64,000 nt of DNA from Amoebidium appalachense (lineage: Eukaryota; Protista; Ichthyosporea). Made by a program: the position numbers and the translations under genes. Position 1 is the stretch's first letter. Each line of letters starts with the position of its first letter. The stretch lies in contig CAVNZM010000002.1 in the NCBI GenBank assembly GCA_963693365.1, positions 6,771,943-6,835,942 of the forward strand, in the 5' to 3' direction. This document shows, one piece after another, positions 1 through 23,982 of this stretch. A model generated the notes under the pieces. The model was not told where the DNA came from, made no database searches, and saw nothing but the letters and a program-made list of their open reading frames with translations.

Positions 1-2643
1 GAATATCAGCGTATATTTACGGCCGAACTAATGTTTAATGAATTGTTCCCGGAGATATTTACAGAAATTTCTAAGCTTCAAAATTTTCGTGTTATATGTA
101 TATTGCTGCTACTTTATTTTTACCTGAGTGCGTTGGTGGGCGAAATTTCCCTTGACGTAAATTCAGCCTACTTCCTCAATAAAAACAGTGCATCCCCACC
201 AATTTCGGCCACCAACGCACTCGGTTATAATCAGCAACAAATTCATTACGCATACAAGGAAGATTAGATAATATTTATATATTATTTGACTTCTGGATCG
301 CTTATTATCATCGCAATAATTTGCAGATTTGTACGTACGTGTTCGGTACAAGGCCTAGGGGACGTTTTGTATGCACCCAATCACATTGTAAAAACAAATT
401 GCCCACGTAAATATTAATCTGCCCACGGGTCGTGCCACACTTTTACAATCGATTATTGTTAAGTTATTTTTAGAATTGATATAGTGAATTTTGCTGCAAC
501 ATTTTACGTGGAACGTAAGACCAAGCAACCTGCATTGTATATACGTATATAGTATATAATCTGATTTTTGGATAGACTCCGAATTTCGGACGGTCCTTGC
601 GTCACTACAATAGGCCACTCCGGATCGATCGCCGTCCGCATAAAGCGCACAATAGTCAGTGTTCAGTCCGACGCAGAGAGCACAAGGACAATAGAATATC
701 TATAAACATTAATATATAAAAAGAACATTTAACATTTTGCTAACTACCATATAATACTTATGACAAATACGGTATGTTATACAATTACCACACATGCGCC
801 GAAGTCATGAATCATGATATTCATTTGGGACTCCACCTTTAGATCCCAACTGATTGTGAACCAATAAAAAGGAGAGCAAGTAGCCGGCTGCGCCGCAGAT
901 CTCGCGCCAGATGATAGATCATTGTATATGCCTTTTCAGCGCAGATAAGCGGAAGAATCATGAGAGCCCTTCAATCTATACTCTCATAGTTTTTCTTAAC
1001 AATTTTATCGAGTTTCAATATTCAGTTGTTTCAAGTTTTTGCTTTCGACTACCGACAACGATCTACAAACTCCTAGATCTGGAAACATTCATGCTGATAA
1101 CCCATCCCGAACTGTGACCGTGGCTCAGTGCACGTGAGTCAGGTTGCCTCGATACGTATTACCGGGCATCTCCCTTTCGCGGAGTTTCTCGCTTGAGAAG
1201 TGGTTTCTTCTACGCCTGGTGGTCCACTGCAACCTATGGTAACTTCTACACGCTGTCTACGCTTCTACGCGACCTATTGGCGGTGGGCTGCTGCAACTTC
1301 TTCAGCTACTTCTGCGCTGCGTGAGTGGAGGCCCTGGGGCGGCTACTTGGTCGTCGGGGAGCTTTCCAAGTGACTGCCAGTCCTTAGCCTCCAGTCAGTG
1401 TGGTCTGGTCAACATCGGTGCAGCAGCATATGACTAGTTGGAGCAAACTAGTTTCACGCATACACGTACACTTACGGTTTTGCCCGCTGGTGTCCTTTGT
1501 CACTTGTCGCTTTATTTTTATTTCGTAGCTTTGGCTTTTTCAGTTCTATTGGTGGTTATGTAGCCTGTGGCTGCACGTTGCCTTCATCAACGGATCAATA
1601 AACCCGAGTCAAAAGAAGAAAAAAAAGGGGGGGAAAAAAAAAAAGTATTACCGGATGTACGTGCACAAAAATAAGATATAAGTGGTGGTGCACCTACAGG
1701 GGCAACCGTGTGTTCTGCAAGGAGGAAACAAGTGTTGTAAGCATTGCTTTCGCATGTTATTTTGAACCTGCATAAAGTTTGAATAGTATTTGTTTTTTAA
1801 AAAAGACAGGTGACGTTTGGGTACCGTGGTCACCTGGATTGGCTTTCTAAAACCCCCCCGTGTCTAGGTTTTCCGAATTTTGGTATTGGGAATCATTTAG
1901 TAAAATGTCAGACTCTCAAAAGCTCCATCAGTAAATTTTCATCGAGAATCTTTTTTGTGTTTTCACGGTTACTTCTCTTACTAGAATCATATATCACAAA
2001 ATCCTTCCCTTTTGGTATAGTGATTTTTTTCTTACATCACCTGCAATGGAATCCCCTCAAATATGCGGCGTCCAGGATTATCGTGCCTTGCAAGAACGCA
2101 CCTTTTGCGTCCCGACGGCCCACGCACCCGACACCCGGTGAACATATTCATTTTCGTCCCGGATGCTGGCCATGGGGCCATACGCGGGTTCTCCTACAAT
2201 AGTTCCGAGGCCGCGCTGTTTTCGGAAGTTGGACGCACTCGGGGCACCTTGCCTACGGCAACGGCTCTTTTGGAGCACACCGTCGCCATCCGCCGCCGAC
2301 GTAAACGCTTGTGCGCTTGTTGTTATCGTATACGTACGATCATATGTTGTAGGAAACGGTTCCTCAATCATTATGCCCTCATGGTCACATTCATCAGAAT
2401 CTCTTCAAAGTAAAACATAAGGTAACCTGAAATTCAAAGCCACTTGGGTCAGTACTAGTCACCAACACAGTCACGTCTACTGCGATTCCGCCTAATATAT
2501 TAGTTTTCGCCACCTACCTTCCTTTCCTAACCATTTTTCCTTCTTCCCTTTATTTTTTTGTCTTCTCACGCTGCCCAAGTACGGTTTTTACGCCCACCGC
2601 CTTCATGTGTGTGACGCAGGCAGCTACCCGTCGTGACCAGACC

Positions 2644-3918
2644 ATGGCTGAGCCCGAAAGTGGCGAGTGCGTGTGCGAGTTCCCGGGCTGTTTGCGTCGC
2701 TACCTGAACGAGCACAGCCGCCGCCAACACTATAGGCGTGCACATGGTAGTGAATGGGCAAATCGGGCCGTACGCCGACGCCATAAGGCGCGACCAGAGA
2801 AGAGTTTCAAGGTCACCAACCAGTATGGCGCCGAGAGTTCCCCAACCACCGTCGTAAACTTTCATGTTGCCACGCGCGCATCACCAACACATACAAACAC
2901 GAGCGCGGGCACACACTCGCCCCCTTTTGAACACGTTTTGAAGCTGGAAACAGATACGGCTGCGCCCCACCTGCCCGACAGGCTTTCCAAGGTTTCACTA
3001 CCCGGCTCACGCACGCTGTCTCCCAAGGCTTACGGCACTCCACCTTACCAAGACACCAACATGCACAACCATACCATGGCCCCTTACTACCAGCATAGAC
3101 GCGAAGAATATGGCTCGTACGGAGAAATACAAAGTGAGCGCAGCATAGCAGGCTACCGCCATTCACTAAATACTTCACACACGTCAGAAATGAAGTATGG
3201 ACGGCCACACGGCAACTTGAACGGGGGTTCTATGACCTGGAGGCAGGAGGGCCCTGGGGCCCACGTCAACATCAATGACGTGTGTCCGGCGGACCGTGTC
3301 AGCTATAGCGACGAGTTTCCTCTCCGACAGCCCTCCAACCGTAGTGAAGGCGAGAGGGAATGGGCCACCAGCCGGCCAAATACGCACACACATAAGTGGG
3401 CACACGATAGAGAGCACGTGTCCCCAAGTGGCAACGTGCCTGCGTGTGCCTGTTCAGACTGCAGCCCACGTCCGGCCCAAGCACACGGGTGGTGGGCGGC
3501 CCAGGAGTCGCTCCGACGCAGTCTCCCTCCCGTAGTGCTTCGTGAGCGTCCAGCTGTGCCTGTCGAGTGTGGGCCACACTGCACGTGTCCGCACTGTGTG
3601 CCTCGCTCTTCGGAACAGGCCACGTGGCACATAGGCACACGTGCACAGCCACAGAGGGAATGGGCGGCAGCAGGCGGTTGCAAGGGGTCGTGGTCTGGGG
3701 ACTATGAGAGCAGCGGTGAGTTCGGCGACCCGACTCGGTATGTTACTATGTGCATGTGCCCCACCCCCACCCCCTCCCCCCCACCTCCCCCCGCCCAACA
3801 AACACACCCACATACACACGCATGCACACGCACACACGCGGAAAAAGAGTGCACACGTCGATGTTTAGTGGTGCTTGTTGCTGCTGATAGCATTGTATCA
3901 AGCACTACTAGGATCTGA
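2644..3918 (+). CDS. C2H2 zinc-finger protein (putative transcription factor)
   Basis: ORF from ACCATGG at 2644 (alternative ATG at 2605) encodes CEFPGCLRRYLNEHSRRQHYRRAH (C-x4-C-x12-H-x4-H) followed by a low-complexity region. A probable intron CG|GTATGT (~3738) to ACTAG|G (~3911) ends in the same TGA at 3918. Confidence 0.7.
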   Translation: MAEPESGECVCEFPGCLRRYLNEHSRRQHYRRAHGSEWANRAVRRRHKARPEKSFKVTNQYGAESSPTTVVNFHVATRASPTHTNTSAGTHSPPFEHVLKLETDTAAPHLPDRLSKVSLPGSRTLSPKAYGTPPYQDTNMHNHTMAPYYQHRREEYGSYGEIQSERSIAGYRHSLNTSHTSEMKYGRPHGNLNGGSMTWRQEGPGAHVNINDVCPADRVSYSDEFPLRQPSNRSEGEREWATSRPNTHTHKWAHDREHVSPSGNVPACACSDCSPRPAQAHGWWAAQESLRRSLPPVVLRERPAVPVECGPHCTCPHCVPRSSEQATWHIGTRAQPQREWAAAGGCKGSWSGDYESSGEFGDPTRYVTMCMCPTPTPSPPPPPAQQTHPHTHACTRTHAEKECTRRCLVVLVAADSIVSSTTRI

Positions 3919-6106
3919 ACCTCAATAATCCATGTCCGTGCCAGCGGACATACTAGAAATTTATAAAATCGTGTCGTACTGTGACATGAGGTTCTTCGAA
4001 ACCATTTATGGATGTGCTTCACAACTGGCAAGTTGTACACATTTATCTTGTGATGATGTTGCTTCCCACGTGACATCGCCGAGTGTACTACTCCACACCG
4101 TCAATTCTATTGATCCTTCTAGATTAATATAACCGTTATTTCGGTATTACGCGGTTGGCCATCATGTTATCATCACTCGGACAACATCCTTGATTATCAG
4201 GCTATGTTTGTAAGTATAGTAACATCAGTCCTTGTATACCACCATTTAACGACAGACGGAGGCTTCATAGCTGTTTTCAAGCAAAGCTACTCTTTGCACG
4301 TGGCCTCGGGGAATGGTGTTAATTTCTTAATGGTGTCAATGAGAGGTGAAATCATGCTTGTTTCTCATCTTGTAGGCTGACTCCACCTAGGTGCCAGTTG
4401 TGATTGGTTTCACAAAAACGATCCGGTCGGACATGCCTCTCCGATTTCTTTAAGTCGTTCGAATCCCTGACCTTTTCTGATCGAGAATTGAAGTTAGGAT
4501 TCTCACTGACTGGGTATGTAAATGTGAACGTATGATTATGACACCGTGATGAGGACTGACCATGAAATACACTTGTCCATAATTCGAACTGTACTATTTA
4601 AATTTTGTGTGGCTAAGTCTTAAATGTTTGAATTCGCTGGTGTGCTTGTACATGTCAAGTTTGTCGCTCTCTCTTAAAATTTAAAATGACCCTGCACAAC
4701 TGTGATTGGTTCTGATTTTAACCATTTTTCCTCGCAGGCCCCGAGTGCGCTCACACAGTGTCGGTAGTTCGCTGTCTCCGCCGGTGGGCTATCATATGAA
4801 TGACCAGCAACAAGACTTCGGCCCCTTGTAAGTTCAACTGAGTCACTAGGCATCATGTTAATCGACACAGCCACCATAACTCCTAAGTTATACTACTAGA
4901 CTAAGCACTGCAAATGAATTGAACGTGTTTTAATTGTTCACTAATCAACATACGGGCTAGAAGAGCACTGTGACTGTGCTTTGCACGTAGACTACTAAAT
5001 TTTAATATGCTACTGAAACTCAGTGAGTTAATTGTTTGCAACTTTGACTTTACTGTAGGGTAACTTTAATACGGGGGCACTCTTGGATGTAGACAGGGGT
5101 AGTGGTAGCAATGATTACACTTTACTGTCTTTTTGCTGTGACAGGACTGCAGCCCAGTTCCTGTTTGATAAAGTGGTGCTAATTACACTAGGAATGAAAT
5201 GATAGTCACTGAGGCTCTCAGAGGCACTGATATCTGCAGAGAGAGGCAGGTCCTGTATTAGATGATATTATCATGAAGATGCATGTGAAGTCAACAGATT
5301 ATCTGGTCGGAGTCGAAAGAAATGCTGCTGACGTGATAACTAGTACTAGTTATTATTGTCAATTTGGGTACATACATAAAACAAACAAAAAACTAGGAAT
5401 CATGGTTGTCATTTCAAATACTCAAAAGAAATAAATATGATAATCATAACTTTCCAAATGCATAAACCTTGTCAATGAGTGCTTGGCGACAACTCTATGG
5501 GACTTGTCAATAATACACACCTATGGCTACCGTTACACGTTAAGAGTACTATTATTAGTTCTAGCATGTACATACGTATACAAACAGTTACTGCTGTTTT
5601 CGTTTCTATCACCGTTTGGCACTTCAATCCTTGTGGCAAGGGTGTTGACAGACTCCGAATTAGGTGCTACACAATTTCCGATCAAAACAAGCGGCTTACA
5701 GAGTGACCGTCACCCCAGTAGCGCGAACAAGTAATTACCACCCTATGGGATGATGACCAGGCCGTTTTGTTAATCATGTTATCAAGTCTGAAGCTGGAGG
5801 CGATTATCACCGATTTTGCTGCATCAAATTGTTTTGTATCAAGTTGTTTTGTAACATAAATCGCTATTAGTATATAGCAAAACCCGCAGCGGCTGCCCAG
5901 TGCACAGGTGATACAGCACATAACAATCATTCGAAAATATACTTCAACCCAAAAAATCTTTGTGGTGCGCAACACTTCTGTACTCTAGGACAGCCTGAGG
6001 TACAGCATTTCGCTCATAGCTAAGTCAGTACGAGCACTTCAAATTAATATTGATACTCTACATGTACCTGCCAGCCCCTGGTGACGCTGGGCAAACTTCG
6101 AAAATC

Positions 6107-15980
<9,874 letters not shown>

Positions 15981-16980
15981 GTTGCAGGTGACTTGCTACC
16001 ACATGGCTTAGCTACTTTATTCACTTCAACAAAACTGCACTGTAAGTGTCCACAGACGGTGTGATATAATGGACTTCGGGTGGGCCCCTCTATTATTGTA
16101 GAGACCTGAAGAGAGAGCTAGCCTAAGCCGAAACATGTTTGTGTGCCAGCCAGTACTGTGCATGTGTACTGTGGAATGTGGCGCGTGCAGTTGATTAACG
16201 GAAACTTTACCATATATGGTATTGTTTTGTTGTTGTGCTGTACGTATGCACATTGTATTCAGTGCACCGGAGGCTTCGGAGCGGCCGGCGGTCGACCGTC
16301 GGCTTTTCATTCATTTTAGATACCTTTGTAGAATCTTTTCACTGCTTCTTCCTATGGCTTGATTCTTTTCACTTTACACAGAAGTGCACCGGATGTACAC
16401 CACGTGAATCCCAGTCAGTGAATTCGCCACCATGACTCAATATTCGCTGGCTCATCCAACCAATCAGACGTTATTCTCTTTCTATTGGTCGATGAGGTGC
16501 CCAATCCTGGGGCTTTTCACCAGATTCGAACATTTTATTCTTGGCATATATGTAGGTATTAATATGAAAAGAACCGATGATGGCCAATTAAAAATGAATA
16601 ATATATCGTAATATTGAATATATAAGTGCTTTTTAATCCCAAGATAGGGCTTTTGCATTGTATTTTGCACTTCGTTGTAAATGGTTCCGAACGGGAGTCA
16701 CTAAGTCTATGCGGAATGCATGGGCAGCCATATTAAGGCATTTGCCAATAGAGAAAATTTTGAAAAATGCTTTTTGATTGGCTGTAAACCGATCACGTCA
16801 TTTGATTGGCAGCTTACAATCTTTTTGTTTATCATCCCCGGTAGAAAGGTCTCTTTTCTCAACTTCCTCCTTTTAGTTTCTTGGGTGGCCAGTTTCACTC
16901 TCTTCGGATTCTGTTCCCCTACACACTTTCCTTCTTCTCCCCTTACACAGTTTATATTGCAACCAAAAAACATTAACACA
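15981..16980. promoter_or_regulatory. Probable bidirectional promoter between CK2-alpha-like and ATP-grasp genes
   Basis: A 1-kb AT-richer spacer lies between the divergent ATGs at 15980(-) and 16981(+). It contains several CCAAT/ATTGG boxes (about 16460, 16484, 16501, 16745, 16776, 16805). Confidence 0.55.
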
Positions 16981-19382
16981 ATGGCGCTCTCTGATCTCAC
17001 CGGTAGTGATGCTGCCACACAGACGGCCCGTGAGGCAGCTCTGAATGGCAAGAATGTGATCTACATCCCGCCCATGATGTTCCCTGGGTACTCGGGGGTG
17101 CACCCCGGCACCAAGGTCCTTGTCGACTGGATAAAGTGCGTGCCCCTTGGCTGGTTTGTGCGAGCAACTTAGCGCTCTGGGTTTCTGTTGTTGCATGCGA
17201 ATTCAAACGTTCTAGTTGGGTTGGGTTCCCGAAGTTGTAATACATCTCGTGTGTCTCTCAATCACCGCTCTGAAAGAAACTTGCTCCTCACAACCGGAAG
17301 TTGAGCCTCATTCTGAACCTCTTTATCGATGCTGCTAAATATAGCTCTTCGTAAAACCACGCGAGTCCTTTCCTCGCTTCTAATGCGCAGCCAATGCTGC
17401 CTGTCTTGTACGGGTTATGTAATCTCATCTGCAACACCCCCCCCCCCTCCTCCCCTATACTCGGCAACACGTTTCCCATCCTCCCCACCCCCCACCCTGC
17501 CCACTCCTTCCTTGTTTCAAACGCCATGCTCCAACGTGATATGAACATGCCGCGCTTCACATTTCATGCCCGGATTCCTATTCTATCATACCCTCCGCAT
17601 GCACCCTCCATAACCGAGGGCAGGAAATTATTGTGTACCTCGTGCTAACCCCCCCCCCCCCCCCTCCTCCCTCCCCCCCCCCCCCCCCCTTCCCCCTCCC
17701 CCTCCCCCTCCGCCCCCTTCTCCCCCCCCCCATCCCATCATCTCCAATGAAAACCAGGGGGTGCGGTGTGAATCTGTACCTTGTGACAGAGAAGGATGCG
17801 CAGTACGAGGCCTGGATGAAAGAGAAACTGTGTGACGGCGCTCTGTTCGTGGACCTGTCTGACCAGGAGAACTGTGCGGCAAACATCTACAAGGCTGCCC
17901 AGGATTCAGGCGTCAAGTTCGATGCCGTCTTCAGCCGCACTGAAAACTGGCAGCCGGTCGTAGGCCAGGTAATACTTATGACCCCCCTTTCCCCTGCCCT
18001 CTCCCCCCCCCTCCCCCCCTCCCCCCACCACCACCACCACCACCAAACACACACACATTCGCTGCCACCCCACCGTTACAAACACATGCCGTATGGCACA
18101 CATGACTACCTACAGTTGAGAACCTTATCTATCCCCTTTCCCTCTAGCCATGTCACATTCTGTGAACTGCTATGTTAGGCTTACCATGCCAGCTCGGCAT
18201 TGCTGGATAGGGTTACTGTGCAGGGAACGAAAATGTGGATATTGGGAATATAACAGGAGCACGGTGGTTTAAGCCTGGTGAGGCGGTTCCATGGGATGTT
18301 TATCGAACAAAGTGAGAGTTGTAAAACGTGGCGAGCTTGTCTGGATGGCGATGGTGCAACCCTGCTAAACTGCCATATCCCTCCCATGATTGGTTTTTAG
18401 CGGGCAGTGTTCCAACAATCCTATCTTCGATTAGCTGTCTCCAGACCTTCACCCCTTGCATACTCCGAGCTCGGACACATTCTAACACCCCCCACCCCAA
18501 CCCTCCTCCCCCCCCCCCCCCCCTCCCCCCCCCCCTCCCCCCTACCTCTTCCTTCCCTACTCCGTTTTTTCCCAATGAAAAACAGCTGTGTGAGCTTCTA
18601 GGGATCAAGAACAACCCAGCATCTGCCTACAATGCAGCACGCAACAAGCACGCCACCCGTGTTAAGCTCGAGGCAGCGGGTCTTTTGACGCCCAAGAGCA
18701 GATTAGTCAACTCTATGGAGGAGCTGGAAGAGGCCCTCAAGGTCGTGCCCCTGCCCCTCGTCGTCAAGCCTACATCTGGTGCTGGAAGTGCAGGTACGTA
18801 TGTGTGTGTGTTGGGGGGAGGGGGGGTTGTGAAGTCAGTACCGGGGGAAGAGTAGGGTGGGTGGGTGTTGAGTGGAGAGGGGTTTGAGGGGGGGGGGGGT
18901 GAGGGGGGGGGGGTGTTGTTAGGTGTGGTTGATCTTGAGGACTTCCATTGTGTTCACACCAAATGTATGAGACAGATAAATGCGAGTGCATGGTGGTCGG
19001 GGAGATCAGGTATTACCACTAGGTGTAATATTACTACCAACACGTACTCCAATTCCATCCCAACCCTGTCTCCACCACCCCCCCCCCCCCCCCCAAACCC
19101 CCCACCCCCAAAAAACACTCAAGCAAACAAACCAAACGCTGCTCATAACACATCCATTTTACTCTAAGCACTACCACATCCTGCCCCCCCCCCCCCCCCC
19201 CCCCCCTCCCCCCGCCCCCCCCCCACACACACACACACAACACACACACACACACACAGGTGTGTTCCGTGCCGATACTGCCGATGAGGCCCGCATGCAC
19301 GTCAAGGCAGCCTTTGATGCCATCAAGAACAGTGGTGCCGTGCTTGCCTTCCTGCCCGGTGTCAAGGCATGAACACTCCTCC

Positions 19383-19415
<33 letters not shown>

Positions 19416-19577
19416 AGCCCTTCCGTGAGGATAGGCCCTGCTTATGGTGCATGCCCTTTTGTGTAACACTTCTGCGTCTTCTGCATTGTATTAGTGAGTG
19501 TGCACTTCGTACTCTGTAACACATTCTTACCCCCTTCCCCCCCCCCCCCCCCCCCTCCGCCCCCCACCCACCCACCC

Positions 19578-19608
<31 letters not shown>

Positions 19609-20116
19609 ATTCCCCCTCCTCCTCCTCCTCCCCCCGTGCACCCCCCTTCCTCTCCCCTCAGGCGAGTGAGACAGCCCCCGTGATGATTGAGCAATTCATG
19701 GTTCCTTATGAGTTCCCCGACCTCCCTGCCGGTGAATTCGATGTGGATATCTTGATGTGGGACGGCAAGCCGATTTACTGCGAGGTCTGCGACAACTGGA
19801 CCCCGGTATAAGATCCCCCCTCCCCCCTCCCTCACCCTCACCCTCGCCCGCCCCTCACTCCTCCTCCTCACGCCTTCCCAACACACCTACACACAGCCAC
19901 TCGCCCGCTCACTCACTCATTCACTCATTCCCACTACATAGTCCCTTTCGTAGACTTTTTTGGTCCTTTTCTTTTTCACAATTACCCCCCCCCCCCCCCC
20001 CCCCCCCCCCCCCATCACCACCACCACCACCACCACCACCACCATCTCGCCCCATTGTTTCTTCCTGCATCTCTGCTCTTACTTCGGCAGCAAAACTGCA
20101 AAGTCGTGCACAATTC

Positions 20117-20156
<40 letters not shown>

Positions 20157-20359
20157 CCCCCCCCCCCCCCCCCCCCCTCCCTCTCTCCCTGGATGTAAAA
20201 TGGATTCTTTTAGTAATACATATTTTCTCTGTATGTGCCCTTTTTGGCGAATCTGCATTGTGTTGCCCGTCGTGAACTTGTATCTCGTACATTGTAACAG
20301 ACTTTAACCCCTGCCCCCCCCCCCCCCCCCCCCCCACCCCCTTCCCCCTCCCCGACTCC

Positions 20360-20419
<60 letters not shown>

Positions 20420-21413
20420 TCCCCCCCTACTTCCTTGAGACGGGCAGCAACTTCCCTTCTGTTGTGCCTAAGTCAGTGCAGGAGGAGCTCAAAGAGTATT
20501 CCATCAAGTCAGTCCTGGCCCTGGGCTTCGACAGGTGCGTAGAGTAGTCGTATTTACCTTCTACTGGGACAGTTTTCATTAGGCTTTGATGTTCAAAAAA
20601 AAGATACTATTGTGTGATGACCAGATTGTTCAAATCTACTGCTAGGGAGTTCATTTGTCTTTGTTTTTTTTTTATAATGTCGATTTCAAGCTCCCGCGCA
20701 AGGTCTGAAGGTATATGATAGAAGCTTACCAGACGCGCTGGAGCCTGGGGCCTTCCCGGGCGGGTGTGTGTGGGTGGGTGGGTGGGTGGGGGGAGGGGGG
20801 GGGGAAGAGGGATGAGGAGAGGAGGAAGGGCAGAAAGAAACCAGAGATATGTGCATGTTCCATTTCAAGCCATTCTCTTTTCCTGGTTGGTTGCATGGGC
20901 TTATCACGTGACCAACGACCAATGGCTGCAGGGGTGCATTCCACGTGGAGTCCATGTACACGAAGGAGGGCCCCATGCTGATCGAGGTCAACCCCCGTGT
21001 GGGCGGTGGCCCCGATGAGCCCTTCCACCAGGGTGTATCTGGTGTGTGCCCTGACCCTTCCCCTCCCCCCCCCGCCCCACACACATACACACACACACCT
21101 CACACATGCACGCGCACACACACGGATAAACGAGCACACAGAGGGGTTTGCGCTGGTGTCTAGCCAACTCCCTTTTCCCACCAAGCACGCACACAGATGA
21201 TTGGTAAGAACTCAATGGTAGGGTAAGTGAGCCTTCCTACGGCTTTTAGTAAAACCTAGAAGACCCGCCTACAGATGGAAGTTGGCATGGCATTGTTTTT
21301 CTTTAGTTCCCTTTCCCCTTTCCCCTTCGACCGCGCCCCCCCCCCCCTCCCCCCCCTCCCCCCCCCCCCCCCCCCCCCCGCTCTCCCCTCCCCCTGCCCA
21401 TCCAACACAGCAC

Positions 21414-21448
<35 letters not shown>

Positions 21449-21956
21449 CCCCCTACTACCTCCATGCCTTCCTCAACTAAACTCCCCCCCCCCCCTTCCC
21501 CTCCCCCCCCCTCCCCCCTACACCCACCCAAACCCCCCTCCCCTCCCTCTCCCAGACATCAACATGACCAAGAATTTCTCCATGGCTATGTGTGGTGTGC
21601 CCATCAACCCCCCAAGGGCAGCAACACCCATCAAGACGATGGTGCACTATGACGTGTGCTGCCCTGTCACAGGTGACTAATCTCTCTCCCTCCCTCCCTT
21701 TCCCCCTCTCTCTCTCTTCCCCCCCCCTTCCCCTCCCCCCCTTCCCCTTCTCCCCCCCCCCCCCCCCCCCCCCAACACACACACACACAAACACCAACAC
21801 ACCTTCCTGGCCACACACACCAGCCCCATACCACCAAACGCAACAACTATCACCAAAACGGACTTTGGGGGGCCGGGTCTGTACTGCCAGTCCCCTGCCT
21901 TTGACTTGGCTGTTTCGAGGCAGATTTGTCTGTTGTGTTTGGGGCTGTGTTTTTTT

Positions 21957-21987
<31 letters not shown>

Positions 21988-22872
21988 AGTTGATTGGTTG
22001 GCCGCTGTGTACGTGTATACTGACAGGTGCATGTGCAGGTACTATGGGCAAGCTAGACTGGCTTGATGAGATCAAGAGCTGGCCGTGGTGTGTGGATGTG
22101 GGCTACTACGTCAAGGAGGGAGATGAGGTCGTGGGCTTCGATACGGCCCTGCCTCAGGTGGGTGTACAAAAAAGGGTGGGGGAGGGGGGGGGGGGAGGGC
22201 TGGGGGAGGGGGGGGGGGGGGGGGGGGGCTTGCGCACGTGGCATGTATGGAGGGAGGTGGTGTTAACGAACCTGTGTTGTGGAGTGTGTGTGTTTAGGTG
22301 GGTCGGGAGAAGTAGATATGCAAGGAGGAGGGGGGGGGGGGGGGGGGGGGGGTGTGCATGAGCCGTGTGTGGAGGCGAGGTTGGGGATTCAGGCTTTCTA
22401 CTTGTGGAGTGTGTGAGGTGGTTGGGGGGGGGGGGGGGGGGGGGGGGGGGGAGGGGGGGCAAAGCTTGAGGCGGCAAGAAACGGTAGCACGACCCACACA
22501 CTAACACCATTGACCCCTCCCTCCCCCCTCACCCTACCCTCCCCTGCCCACCCCCCATCTCTTCCCTTCCCTCCCCTCCCCTCCCCTCCCCCAATCCCCT
22601 TCCCTTTCCCCCCTCCCCCCCCTTCTCCCCATCGACAGTGGATCGGCTACTTCATGATGGAGACCACACCGGAGAATGCAACCATTGCCGTTAAGGTTGC
22701 AGAGGCTGCAGCCAAGCGAGTCTATTTCCACCTGCAGGGGAAGATCACTACCAAGGCCCAGCTGCAGGTCCAGCGGCGCAGAAGCTTCGAGGCTATCACG
22801 GCAAAGCGCCGCGGATCAAGAAAGGCGTCTGTGTGCATTGATAATGATGAGCCACGCACGGCTGCGGAATAA
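16981..22872 (+). CDS. ATP-grasp ligase, carnosine-synthase / L-amino-acid-ligase-like; 10 exons
   Basis: Approximate exons 16981-17135, 17758-17968, 18586-18793, 19260-~19366, 19662-19805, 20419-20534, 20932-~21042, ~21556-21672, ~22039-22157, 22638-22872. ATP-grasp motifs: ARNKHATR, PLVVKPTSGAGSAGV, MIEQF, EFDVD, YFLETGSNFPS, GAFHVE, LIEVNPRVGGG. Confidence 0.88.
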
Positions 22873-23430
22873 ACTAAACATTTAATGGTGTGATATGATT
22901 GGTGGATCTGCAGGCTAAGATGCAACGATGCGCATGGATTGGCTAATGTGGAAATCAAAAGAACATTTAACGGTACGCAATTGTTCATTCTTTTTGTGTT
23001 GGAGGGGGCGATGAAGAGAGACTGATGTTGTGGATAAATAAACAAATAGCCTAAGATACGCTAACGAATAATGAGTTAGAACAGCGAGATTGTACATGAT
23101 ATGGCTAGCTGATAGTATGATAGATCTAGATACGCTGTGTGCTGATAGGCCTCCCATCTATAATAGTGTTCCGTGCTAAATATAGCCTTTTGGCAACAAT
23201 GTGGTGGGCCAACGGGTTTGTGCCTGCCAGCAAGTGAAGTGCATGGGTCCCTTGGGTTACGGTAGAGGGGTTTGATTAGGGATACGGGTCGGGTCAGGCC
23301 CCCAGAGAGATTTTCATGCTTCAGTTTTGGCAAGATGCGCATCAGATAGAAGTGTGGCCTGAAAGTGCCCATAAATAGGCCTAAAAGAAACCCATCTTAC
23401 TGCACTTCTTCGTATTCCTATGCTGCTTGC

Positions 23431-23982
23431 ACTACAATTGGGGGCGCGGCACCCCGTGAATGGTGACGTCACAGGTGTGACGTCACATTCACGCGGTCCC
23501 GCAGCCCCCAAAATATGGCATAAGTGGATATGAGATGTGTGATATCTGTGTATATCGCGATATGGGATATGAGATATGGGTGGATATATGTACAGGAGCA
23601 CGTGCACACACTGTGTGTGTGTGTAAAACACGTGCAGCGCACGTGATTGTAATTAAATAATTAAAGAGAGAGAGGGCGGAACACGTGTACGCGTACGTGT
23701 ACGCGTACATGTGGTGCGCACACGTACAGGTGCTGCGGATCGAAGGAATGCGAAATGATTCTGAATTCAGGCGAAAACTGACCAATGGAAATAGCCGCCC
23801 AATGGGAATTAGGAGGCGAAAAAGCAAATTTGCCGGAAAACTGACCAATCAGAACCGCAGCCCCCAAAGATATGGCATAAGTGGATGTGAGATGTGTGAT
23901 ATCTGTGTACACACATCGCGATATGGGATATGAGATATGGGTGGATATATGTACAGGAGCACGTGCACACACTGTGTGTGTA
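23431..23982 (+). repeat. Left terminal inverted repeat (552 bp)
   Basis: Reverse complement of 59989-60540, with one substitution seen. It holds an internal direct repeat of ~356-bp period (CGCAGCCCCCAAA-ATATGGCATAAGTGG at ~23500 and ~23856). Confidence 0.93.

Noticed and set aside
1-1450. Short ORFs and AAATTT-rich motifs that might be a transposon end
   Set aside because: No partner TIR, TSD or recognisable protein within the window.
23430-23436. CACTAC at the left end suggesting a CACTA element
   Set aside because: The right end is GTAGT followed by C, not TAGTG. The first C belongs to the CTTGC TSD, and the content is pPolB.
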